Shown here: piece after piece, positions 11,701 through 22,826 of the stretch | How positions within the stretch are numbered: position 1 is the first letter of the stretch | Layout of the letters: each line of letters opens with the position of its first letter | Source of the DNA: Camelus ferus | Lineage: Eukaryota | DNA: 64,000 nucleotides | Direction: 5' to 3' | Assembly: GCF_009834535.1 (NCBI RefSeq) | Contig: NC_045697.1 | Location: 46,998,001 to 47,062,000, forward strand | Notes under the pieces: model-generated | What the model saw: the letters and a program-made list of their open reading frames with translations, nothing else | Database searches by the model: none | Told to the model about the DNA's origin: nothing | Made by a program: the position numbers and the translations under genes

Positions 11701-12819
11701 ACATGGTGAGTTTAAGTAGAATTTCCCTGAATTTACCAATGCAACTTTCAGGCACATTTGGTCTCCTAGAGAGGAATCTATATTATACCTCTGTGAGGGA
11801 TGTCTGCAGGGGTAGAAGAGAGGGCAAGAGGGTGACTTGAGATAATCATTGCTAAAATGTTTTATTTGCACATGATAATTTCTCCTTTCATAAATATCAG
11901 CAAATATGCTTTTCTCCCCTCTCCCTCTCCCTCTCTCTCAGGATATCAGGCAGATAAGAGTTATCAGTAAAGGTCATCCTCAATTTCTGTACAGAAATGA
12001 TCTGTCTCTGGTATGTAATAAACATTTATCCATGCCTTTATTAGCTATATTGAAGCTGACAGTTCTGTTAAACCATTTTCTTTCATTTTGCTAGGTCATG
12101 ACGGTTAATGCTGCTAAAAAATCTCATCACTGCTTTTGATCACTGTATTGTCTTCCCTGTATTATCAGAATTTTGTGAAGGTAAGCACTGGCTGGAATGA
12201 CCTATTAAAGTTACAGCCCGTTGAGTCTCTGGTTTTTTTTTTTTTTCCTCTTTTCATCACAATAAAAAAGCAAAGGAGTGCAAAGAATAAATTTTCCTCA
12301 GAAGGTTATATTTAGTTGGGCAGTTGACATGTTCAGCCAACTCTCAATTATCCACAGCAAAAGGAAACCAAAGCATCAAATATAAATGAAAACCACACAT
12401 ACTCCAAAATCTTCATTTTGGCTACATCTTTCACCAGGGTATTCCCAGGATCTAAAAAGACAACTTCACATTTTACTCAAATCCCTTTCTTATCTCTAGG
12501 AGTCAGTTCTCAGGAAGTAGAAGACGAAGAAGAAGCAAAACCAAGAAGAACCCACCCATTGAAAAAACATCACAAGGCAAATGAGATATGCAACAGAAAA
12601 ACATGGTGGAGGGTACAGTTTGCACCTGTGCTTTTCCATCCTTCCTTCATCCACGCCTCACTCACAGCAACTTTAAAGACATGCTTGCTTTTGACAAATG
12701 AAAAACAACAAAATATCCATGAAAATATCTTCCTTTGTTAATGGGTTAAAGATCGTATAAAACAGGCTGAATATAGGTTCATTGTCAGTTTCAAGGAAAT
12801 ACCGTTCAGATCAATTAAA
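11701..12819 (+). other. Candidate spliced transcript (lncRNA or 38-aa small ORF): exons ..11705, 11942-12010, 12095-12180, 12500..
   Basis: Donors ATG|GTGAGT (11706), CTG|GTATGT (12011) and AAG|GTAAGC (12181). Polypyrimidine acceptors end at 11941, 12094 and 12499. Prediction from sequence only. Confidence 0.25.
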
Positions 12820-12854
12820 CAAACTGTCTAAAAATTCAAACATACGTCCTTTTA

Positions 12855-13200
12855 GTTAAACAAACATTTATTGAGTTCTTATTGCATGCCAGGCACTATG
12901 GGAAATTCTAGGAATACAAAAATGTGAATGGGTCACTTCTGCTCTCATGTAGCTCCTAAGGAAGAAGTCACAGAAATAGATATTTAAAATTGACACAGTG
13001 ACATTAAAGCACAGAGAAGAAGCATCTTCCCCAGCCAGGGAGATCCTGGAAGATTTCTAAGGAAACACAGATTCCAAACCAAATCCTAAAGGGCCAGCAC
13101 AGTTACGCAGGTGAAGAAGCAAGAGTTGGGGGAAGGGCACTTCAGGCAAAGGGAATAGCGTGAGCAAGGGCACAGGTGTGCGACAGTTGTGTGTATTCAC
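12855..13200 (-). mobile_element. LINE-2 3' fragment
   Basis: aacaaacatttattgagttcttattgcatgccaggcactatg...; ttcaggcaaagggaatagcgtgagcaagggcacagg. Confidence 0.8.
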
Positions 13201-13419
13201 AGAACCACTGGGATCTCCAAGTTGTCAGAGCACAGCAATCAAAATCATGGAGATGAGAAAGGCAAAGAAAAGGCAACTGATAAAACTAGAAAGCTAGGGA
13301 GAGTCCAAATCTTTGGGGACTGTGTCAGAAACTTACATTAGTTGTCCTTCCAACATCATTTATATGCAGTAAAGTAAGACCAACATAACCCTTAATTCCA
13401 TCATTTGTTTGTTCTTTCT

Positions 13420-13930
13420 TTTAGCTATTCAACAATTTTTTTTAAGCATTTACCACATGCCAGGCACTGTTAGAGGCACCATGATAGAGTGGGGAACAAA
13501 ACCAAGTCCTGAACTCATGGTGTGTTCATTCTGATGGGGAGAAAAAGACAAGAAACAAGTAATGACAAAAACAACAACAAATTACGTCAGGCCGTGATAA
13601 CATATCGAAGCCTATTTAAGCTCTAGTCTCTAAAAATAAATAAAGGCTGAATAAAGAGAAGATTGTGAGGTGAGAGAATGGGGAGCACGGTGAGCTGTTT
13701 TATACAGAACAGTCAAGACAAGACATCCCTGAGAAGGTGATATCTGAGCAGAGACCTAAAGGAAATTCATTGGAGGGAATTGCTTTTAAAGGAGAGCTGA
13801 TCACACAAGCAAAGATCCTGAGAGGAGAGCACGTTTCTTGGCAAGTAGAAGAGAAAGCAAAGGGCCCAGTTTGAAGCAGAGTGAACAAGAGAGAAGGTCG
13901 GGGAGGAGGGGTGCAGGGCAGTGAGATGCA
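13420..13930 (-). mobile_element. LINE-2 3' fragment
   Basis: attcaacaatttttttaagcatttaccacatgccaggcactgttagaggc...; ccctgagaaggtgatatctgagcagagacctaaagga. Confidence 0.82.
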
Positions 13931-13945
13931 GATTACTGCTGAGTA

Positions 13946-14188
13946 CAGGGCTTTTCAAACTTTTTTGGAAATGATCTAAAATAATATATTTTACATAGTG
14001 ACAAATATATGTGTTTTACAGATAGAGCCTGAAACAGAGATATTTTTAAAGTTTCAGGAAACTGTATTATGTGTGGTACACTGCTATTTTCAATTGTACT
14101 TCATTTTTTTAAAAAATTCTGGTCACAATCCATTAAATTTATCTTATAACCTATTAATAGGTCACAACCCACAGTAGGGAAAACACTG
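13946..14188. mobile_element. hAT-Charlie-type non-autonomous DNA transposon fossil
   Basis: Imperfect terminal inverted repeats cagggcttttcaaact ... agtagggaaaacactg. Subterminal ggtcacaacccacag. Confidence 0.6.
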
Positions 14189-14249
14189 AAGCAGAGTCAT
14201 ACAGATTGTTCCTTAAAAAAAAAAAAAAAGCACATGTTCTTTTAAAGGT

Positions 14250-14330
14250 GCCCAACACCGAGCCCAGTGCCAGACACGTAGGTATCCTAATATTGTTTGT
14301 TGAATGAATGGATAAATGAATGAATGAATA
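14250..14330 (+). mobile_element. LINE-2 3' terminus
   Basis: cagtgccagacacgtaggtatcctaatattgtttgttgaatgaatggataaatgaatgaatgaat. Confidence 0.8.
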
Positions 14331-14879
14331 TAATTAGAAGTTTATTTATAAGGCTCGAAGTCTGAAGGCTTCAAATTGGGCATTTCCATGCCAAAAAAAG
14401 TCTAACAACTGCATGCTCTTCAGATCATTGCTTGTCACCAGGTGCACCAGAATGTACGCAGAGTTTATTCATAGAAAATTAACGTCAGTCACTTCTCAAA
14501 GTGGACAAAGTGCTCTCAAAAAGGTCATTTACCGGAGGTAAAAGGAGAGTCCTCACAATTTACTTTTTCATTTTCTGAAACTTAAATTTTTTTGAATAAA
14601 AAAATACTTAAGATAAAATAATTTGGGAGTGGGTTCCTAATGATATTAATCGTTATTTTCATGGAAATTAATTCTTCTACCCTTACGTGACTTCCAACAG
14701 AGGATTAGAAAATCCTTAGATACAAGTGTGATCATGCGCCAGAATTTCTGACTGGCTCTTTTGATTTTTCTTTTAAAGAATTGAATGTGAAGGGAACAAT
14801 ATTCCTCATGAAGTCAGCTATATGTATGTTTTCTAAAAGAACTGAATTAGAGTTCAGAAAATCTGATCTTTATTCTGTA

Positions 14880-15240
14880 GAATAATAACAATTGCTAAAA
14901 TTGACACAGTGCCAGGCACTGTTCTAAGCATTTTACATACAAAACATTAATTCATTAAATCCAAACAACGGCCCTATGGGAGAAGTACGATTACTATCTC
15001 TACAACAGGAAACTGAGGCAGAGAGAGAGAAAACAATTGACCATATGCCATGCACTGCAACACCCTACACATACCAACTTACTTAATCTTCATAACAGCA
15101 TTATTTTAAAAATAAAGTCACCAAGGCACAGGGATATATAACTTGCTCTCTGTCACAACTAGTAATTGGTGGAGCTGGGACCGAGTCCAGGGCAGTCAGC
15201 TCCAGAGTCCACGCCCCCAGAGAATATGCCACTCTGCCTC
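14880..15240 (-). mobile_element. Two adjacent or nested MIR fragments
   Basis: gtgccaggcactgttctaagcattttacat...aggaaactgaggcagagag; gtggagctgggaccgagtccagggcagtcagctccagagtcc. Confidence 0.82.
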
Positions 15241-18200
15241 CTTTAGCTGTAACGTCTGTGCCAAGTTAGCCCTGTGAAATACGATGATGCCAAGTGAGAT
15301 TTTAAGGAAAATGTGAGCTCCTCGGGAGAAACCAGCGGCCCAGCTGCACATATTCAGCATCAATCATTAGGTGACAATTTTAATATACTTACCACCAAGG
15401 ACTTAGCAAATGTAACTTATAGAAATTTTATCTTATATTTTCCCCAACTGAATTCTCTACTAGAACCTTTAAATTATCTTGAGTCTAAATTAATTCAACT
15501 ATTAATGTCTCTCTGCATCTGTTTTTTTTTCCCTTCCTTCTTACTTCCCTCAGACCCAAGTCTAGAACACTGTGTCTTTAAAAGTTAAAAATGCAAACAT
15601 CACATGGAATAGTCTATGTGTCTATTTCACATCTCATTATTAAAACTGATAATTAAATATCTCTGAGTGTTCATAGATGTAGATATCTAGACACATGTCT
15701 ATCTCAGCATTTATAGCTCTTCCTGAAAAGGACGAATTTCCCTTAAGCTCTTCTTCAGTTGTTTTTTGCTCATCCCATACTTTATACACATACGTACATA
15801 CATACAAGGAAAGAGTAGGGTGTTACCCTTGATGGTCTGCTCCTTAACCTAAACTACACTCTTTGTCATCATGATAATGGTCACATTATTAGTCAGGAAG
15901 CTTTGTTCTCCATGGGGACTCAGCGTAAATATACCAGTAATAATAATTCATGTTTAAATGCTCTATCAACCTCACTTGGAGATGAAGGTTGGTAGGTAAT
16001 GATAACTCTTTTCACTATCCTAAGTACAAATGCAAATGAACAGAAGTTTGTGGCACAGAATACCACAATGCCCTCTGACCTTCATGCATGAGGTCACAGG
16101 ACTCCAGAACAAAAGATAAGATCCTTGTGGTCATGGGATTCTTAAAGGGACATCTCAAACCACAACCTGACATTTCTTAAGGAACTCAGCACTGGTTAAA
16201 CTCTACTCTAGGGTGTGGTCAAAAGAAAGCTATCCTTTTATGAACAGGTAATAAAGCCTTCAAATTCCTAAAATAAATTCAGCAACTGAAAAAAAATAAG
16301 TAATTGAAATATCTACTTTCCCATGGTGATGTGGTATTTTAAGCCAGGCATTTTTTTTTTTTTTTTTTTGTGAGAGCTTCCCACAGTTTGGATCAAAATG
16401 AATAAAAACAAAGGACCAAATCCTTAACAGCTCTACTAATATTTCTCGTTCTTTTTAAAAGTAGGTCTTGGAGACAACCCATGATAATCAAAAACTACAT
16501 GGTGGTCAGGTCATCCTAATTTAACACTACACTCTGCTACATCCATAACCTTGGATAAGCCCCATTTCACAGTCTAAATCAGTTTTACAAAGAAGAAAAT
16601 GTATTAATCTCTTTTTTTCCTTCTCTCCCTCAGAAATACTCTGGGGCTCACTGTAACAACTATCCTCCAAATGTTTGTTATAGTATGGTGTTATGGTATA
16701 AAAATATAACAAAGTCTTTCACGTGATAGAGACTAAAACAAACCCTCCTTCTATTACGTTCTGTACCACACTATGCTGAGATACAGCTGGGCTCAGGAGC
16801 CTGTTTTCAAATGATAATATCTTAAAGACTTCAGCAAGGTTAGCCTCTGCATTGACACCAGGCAAAATACAAGGGTAGGAATTACAAGAAAGAATAATCT
16901 GTCTCTTCTACTTAGGATCTTTCACATGACAGCTTCAGATCCTACCTGATATTGAGCAGAAATTTAAATGAGAAAGTTAAATCCACTGGAAAAAAAAAAT
17001 GTATCCAGCCACAAAGTACAAAACAAACAGAACGGGGTATCACCATGTGGCAACTCCAATATATCCAGTCTCTATCGTTTAGTGGAGGTGTCATCCCTAT
17101 TTTTCAGGCAGAGACAAATAGTCAATAAGAAGAAAAACTATTGATCTACCAACAGGTTTAAATACAGTCTTGAAATAAATTCTGTACAAAACCCAGAAGC
17201 CTTCCTCTGTGTAACAGTTAAATTACTGACTCCCATGCAAAACAAAAATCCTGCCCTTAGGCCATTATCAGCATGATCCTTTATTTGAAGTCTTACAGGC
17301 TGTTCAAGGGACAACCCTGATGGTTTGGCCAAAGGGAAACAATACACGGAGTAGCTCAATACAGGCCAAGTAAAATGGAGCCTCCCAGTATGAGAATATT
17401 AAATTATTATGGCTGCAACAGGGGGCACAATTGTTAGTGGCCCCCTCCCACTTATGGCCTTGCTCCTCTCTTCCCTGCGGTGAGTGTTCATCGTCATACC
17501 TAATATTCAAATGCTTTGATAATAGTAAGATTGTCAAGATAATAGCAGGAAATGTTCAGGAGAAACTCAATTTCCAAAAGCCAGCTGTGTTCTCCTGATT
17601 GTTCTTCCTAAGAAGATGGCTTCAAAAAGCAAAAAATTTTCCCATTTAAAAATTAGAACAAAGCTCCTATTATATGTAAATACACGTGCACAGGATCTAA
17701 GTTTAGAAGTGCAAATGTACGTCAGCAACTCAAATACTACAAATGATCAAGAGGAAGGATGCTAATGAGAGAGAACCCCAAGGAAGCTTGCAGGGAAAGA
17801 AACAGGGCAGCAGAACAGGACGAATCTTTCTTAATCTAACATTCTGTTTGGGGCGGGGGAGTTTTTCCTCTATCCAAAGAGCTTTAAGTGGATGCATGAA
17901 GGAGACAAGGTCTTAAATCAGGGAATGCTCGCCCATGTGGGCATTATTGATGGCACCTAGTTAGAAGAAGCAGTTTGAGTTCCTTTATTTCCTTTCATTT
18001 GCAAGACATTCCAATCAATAGACCCAGTGAGGTGGGGTGTAATGTGGGTTTTTTCGGAAGAACACTAGTATTGTTAACATGTTCAATATCTGTACTTCTT
18101 AAGGTTGATTCAGAAAACCTTGCCCTTTTGTCCCAATAAAATAATGCTTTTAGGGAAATGCTACCCTTTTGCTTTCTTTTCTCAGTCAATGCTATTTGGT

Positions 18201-19489
18201 CTACAGCCATTTTAAATAAAAAGTTTCAATGGATTGAAAAAAAAAAGCAGCAGCTGGAGACTAAAGCCCTGCAGGTGGCTGCTGATAAATACAGTATTGT
18301 CACTTGCTGGCATGAGCCCTCTCTAAGTGTTCTGAATACAGGTCAAAAGGCTTAACAAATTCAGAAGTCAATTTTAAATTATAATCTACACGCAAGCAAA
18401 TCCTCACCCATGCCACCCAAAAGGATTTCTTTTTTCCTTTCCAGTTACATAGGACTAGCAAGAATTTCATTCATCTTTTACACATAGACTTATATCAGTG
18501 TATTCATTTGTGTCACAGAAATGCATAGTTATTCTAGAGATTTTACAGCTTGAAACAATGGTGGCCATTTCTTTAAGGAGGAATAACCTTTTTTTTTTTT
18601 TTAACTCTCTCTCTATATATATATTTGCAAAGAATATCTTTTAAGTACACTTTTTCTCTTTGGGGCTAGGGGGTTGTTTTAAACCATTTGGGAAGAAAAG
18701 CAATACAGAAAGAGAAAGAATTGCTTGGTTCCATTTTGACATCGTTTGGGACCAGCAGGCACTCCTCCTCGATTCATCTCATTTGGCCACATTTGCTCTA
18801 TGGCTCTTTGTCCTCTAGCACTTATGTTTCTCATTTTCACAGAATTAATTAGTAATTGCCTGTGTATTTTTTCAGAAGTATTCTTTTCCATATATATTTG
18901 CCCTATCTCCATACTTAAGTTTTAGATTTCCCAGAGTCAAGGATAAGGTAGTTCTTTTATTAACTTTTGGCATTTCCCCAAAGCAAGCTTTTCTCTGCTC
19001 AACGTGAATGTTTAATAAAATAATCAATAGTTTATAAAGAAGAAACAAGATCTGAGAAGGCTATAGAACAACTTCTTAACAGTGGTCATTGGTTTTTTTC
19101 TTTTTCTTTTTTTTTTGCCAAAATGTAGTCAGAGGAGGACAGCTATGTTATATAACTCTAAACTATTTAGGTTTTTAATGATGGATATGTGTTCTTTTAT
19201 CATAAAATCATAATAAAATAATTTTTAAAGAAAAAAGAAGGAAGACCTGGAGAAGCACATTAGTCCCCACTGTGAATGACCTAATTCAAATACACTATCA
19301 CTTTATTCATCAATAGCACAAGTGAAATGCAGAGATGGGGATGAAAAAGAGTTATGGATCTTGCTGCAATGTGAGAAATAAGGAGAGTGTATCTGGACCT
19401 TGACCTAGCCTATGCAAGTGGAGAAAATAAATGGTATTTCTTAAAAGGAAATGGAATGCCACCTCACCATCTTCTGTCTGCTAATATTA

Positions 19490-20110
19490 ACATTCATTCA
19501 TTCCACAACATTTTTTGAACATCTACTCTATGCCAGGCATTTTTCTAGGCACTGAAGATACACCAGTGAATAAAACAAGTAAAATGCCACTGTCATTACT
19601 GAATGACATTCTATTTAAGGTAAATAGACACTAAACAGGAAAATATTGAATTGGTGATATCGTGGTAAGTACCTTGGGAAAAAACAGAGAAGGGAAATTG
19701 GGACTGCAGTGGGTGGTAAGGATGGCTGCAGCTTCATAGACGAGGCAGACGTAGAGGGAGGTGACATCAGGGAAGTAGGAAGGTCTGGAACACATAGGGT
19801 CTCGTGTCCCCTATATGTTAATAAGTGTGGGGTTGTTTTTTTTTTTTTTTTTTTTTTTAGTAATAAAAAAATTCACTGGATGCGTTTAGGCAGCAAGTAA
19901 TATAATCTTATTTCCACTTGAGAAAAATAATTTTGTTGCATGAAAGAAATGGTACAAGAGTAGAGACAGGAAGAAATCCAGGTCAGAAATATAAGTCTGA
20001 GAGACAATATATTTTAAAATGTTTTTAAAATCATGGGACTGCCTGAGACTACCTCAAGAAAAAGGATATAATGAGTGGAAAGGAGGGCTGAGGACAGAAC
20101 TTGACTGTTT
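19490..20110 (-). mobile_element. LINE-2 fragments
   Basis: cattcattcattccacaacattttttgaacatctactctatgccaggcatttttctaggcactgaagatacaccagtgaataaaaca. Confidence 0.8.
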
Positions 20111-20769
20111 CAAGTCTGGAAGAGGAAGCAGATAGGATTTGTCGGACACTCTGGCTCTTAAGTCAATGACCCTAAAACCTCAGGTAGCAGAAGCCTCCAT
20201 ACCTGGATGCTACCTGTGAGTTACACAGAGCCATCCTTCCTCATCTTCCTGGAGCTGGTGTGAAAATGGCAAGGATAATACTTTTCCATTGTGAGTATCT
20301 GCAATGAAGAGACACCATGGACAGGGAATACATGTTTGGGTTTCTTGACCTAAAAGAGTCTGGTGATTCAGGGTGAAAGGCTAGAGCAGATGTTCCATTT
20401 GATGAAGATGGACTCCAAGGCCTCAGAGAGACAAGCTGGTGAGAGATAGGAGACAGAACAGGGGAATAATTAAGATGGGAAGAAAAGAGGAAAGAGAGGG
20501 AAGGATAAAAAGGAAAACCAGCACTAATTCAAGAAAAGAGCATGGCATAAGAGCAATGAGATGTCACAAGGTGTACAGTAGATGATTTTTGGTGGCATAC
20601 TGATTCTGAAAAATATTTATGTACTGTGTATTTATTTTACAGTTATCTTTTGGCAATTAAATTGGTTATTTTTGTTTTGCACTTCCAGGAGTGAGATAAC
20701 GTTTCCTATTTTTAAAAATTTATTCAAGGAAGAAATTAAAAAATCAGCTTAAGGGAAAAATATATTTAG

Positions 20770-20925
20770 TTCTTAATCTCCAGAATCCTCAAGTTCCTTA
20801 TCAATTCAATGGGATAAAACCTGCCTTGCAGGGTTGCTATGATGACTAGCAATAGGGGATCAGAGAGCACCCAGTACAATGCCTAGCAGGTTCTCGGTAA
20901 TAGCTAACAAATATTATTACTATTA
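20770..20925 (+). mobile_element. MIR fragment
   Basis: cctcaagttccttatcaattcaatgggataaaacctgccttgcagggttgctatgatgac...gtacaatgcctagca. Confidence 0.65.
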
Positions 20926-21279
20926 ATATTTTTAAGTATCTAACATGTGCCAAGTATAATAAAAATCATCTTTTTGATGGAAACATAGAAAACTCAAAAA
21001 AAAAAAAAAGGCAAAACAAATCTGGAGAAACAAATATATTACAAGATTAGCAGACAGAAAAGAGTGAGTTGGTCACTAATGATATTATATTACAGTCAAA
21101 ACTGAAGTTAGAAAATAAAAGTTGATTAGAAGAAATTAGAGAGATAGAAATACAATTGGGAGTCAGGTACTACAGAGAACAAGGTAGTGGCTTGATTTTG
21201 AGATGGAGCTAAAGGATCCAAGATGAGGCTCTACTGATCAAGCTGCTAAGGAAACAAGAGAAGCAGGAGACCTTGACCT

Positions 21280-21445
21280 GGAGACCTCTGCTCTGCTGGG
21301 CTCTGAGAGATCCCTGAAACCACTTAAACCGGGTGGTGAAATGTTATGTATGCAAATATCAGAGCAAGCACTCTTCTAAATAGAGGGTCCATGTCTCCCA
21401 CCAGATTCTCAAAGATTTGTGGCCTCAAATTTTTAAGTATTGCTG
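21280..21445. mobile_element. hAT-Charlie-type MITE fossil, probably the same family as 29360-29560 in opposite orientation
   Basis: gagggtccatgtctcccaccagattctcaaag resembles the reverse complement of gaaaatctgatgaaagctatggatcc at ~29414. Confidence 0.45.
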
Positions 21446-21790
21446 ACTGAGCCAGATCAATTAGTCAACTGAAAACATCCAGAGGCTGCATCTCTACATA
21501 GGTGCTATTGGAATGGTATTGTACTTTCAGTGTCTGGGGTGGACGGGGCAAGTGTTGAGCTGAACCCGTAATGGGCAAGTCACCGTCCCCTCATCATTAT
21601 TTTCCAGGGTGGATTTGTATTATGCTGTGGCCAGACCTGCTACAGGCTCGACAGAGAAGCAGTTAGTATATGAAAACATTTAGCTGTAGCATGGCAAGAT
21701 TTTCCTTAGATGACAATGACATTGATCTTGGAATGGTGACATTCTAAGCATTAGAGATGGCAGTGAGCATGTCCTGCTGAGTTCCTGCCT

Positions 21791-21804
21791 CCACCAGGTG
21801 GCCT
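21791..21804 (+). promoter_or_regulatory. Candidate CTCF motif
   Basis: CCACCAGGTGGC matches the first 12 positions of the core consensus CCASYAGRKGGCRS. Confidence 0.35.
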
Positions 21805-22635
21805 TGACCACCAAACCCTGGGCATACCTCTGGAGAAAATGGGGAGACCAAGGGGACCCAATTTCAGACACTCATACACCTAATCTCATTGTTCCCTTTG
21901 CACTGCTTCTTTCCTGGTTCAATAATAAACTGAAATTACCAGCAACCTGAAACCAAATCTAAGTCATCTTCCTACCAGTCCACCCTTAGGGAACAGTCAG
22001 CCAGCCCCAGGCAGCCATTTGGAGATTGCACTCGACCTATTTTATCACAACTCAGTACTCCCATAAATATTTCATAAATGTCTATAATTCCAAAGACAAA
22101 CCTAAAGTTTAGCACTTCAGTTTAAAAGTTTATAGCATGTATTTCAATAGTTTCATCTTGAAAAAGATCTTTATAAATTTCTCCAACCAGAAAGAAGCAA
22201 AAGAAAATGCGCCTCCCCCAAAAGAGGCCAAATTTAAGGGGAAAATGTAAATTCTAGCATACGTTTTTAAATATCTGTCTTTCCTAACTATGTCTAAACA
22301 TTTATAAAATTTTCTCCCTACTGACTATTTTTCATTACATATTTTAAAGGTGGGGAAAAAATGTTTCCCATGGTTGAAAGGATGCCACAATGCAAGTTCT
22401 ACTAGGAACTCACCAGAAGATACTAAGTAACAAATCTTTGAGAGCACTAAAAGAAATTACAAGATCAAATAATTAAAAATGGGTTCATCAAATAGATGAA
22501 CAGATAAATAGACAATTCAACCAATAATAACTTCACATGTTGATTTTTCCAAATGGAGGCTCAGTCTCTCCAATGAAAATAAAGCTTTCTTGGCTAAAGT
22601 AAACAACAGTAATCAAAAACCCTACAAAACCATAC

Positions 22636-22826
22636 TTGATTAAGATCAGGATGACTAGCGCTTGGAATTTTGGTCTCTTGATGAAGACCCTGACTTCAAG
22701 AACTAAGAGAAACAGAATCCAAACAGACGTCATTAGCATAGTTTTAGAACAATTTTAGCTTTGTATATGAATGTGAGCTTCTCACCTTAGAATATATATT
22801 TTTCTCTCAACGTGTTCAGTTCACAG
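22636..22826 (-). other. Candidate pair of small exons (22826-22786 and 22702-22636) with an 83-nt intron; no open frame
   Basis: Acceptor ttttgttcttag, donor AAG|GTGAGA, branch point GCTAAT, acceptor tctgtttctcttag and donor CAA|GTATGG. Confidence 0.25.

Noticed and set aside
15386..15420. Minus-strand micro-exon ending at a perfect G|GTAAGTA donor
   Set aside because: The nearest upstream acceptor (aaaatttctataag) lacks a real polypyrimidine tract, and isolated donor consensus matches are common.
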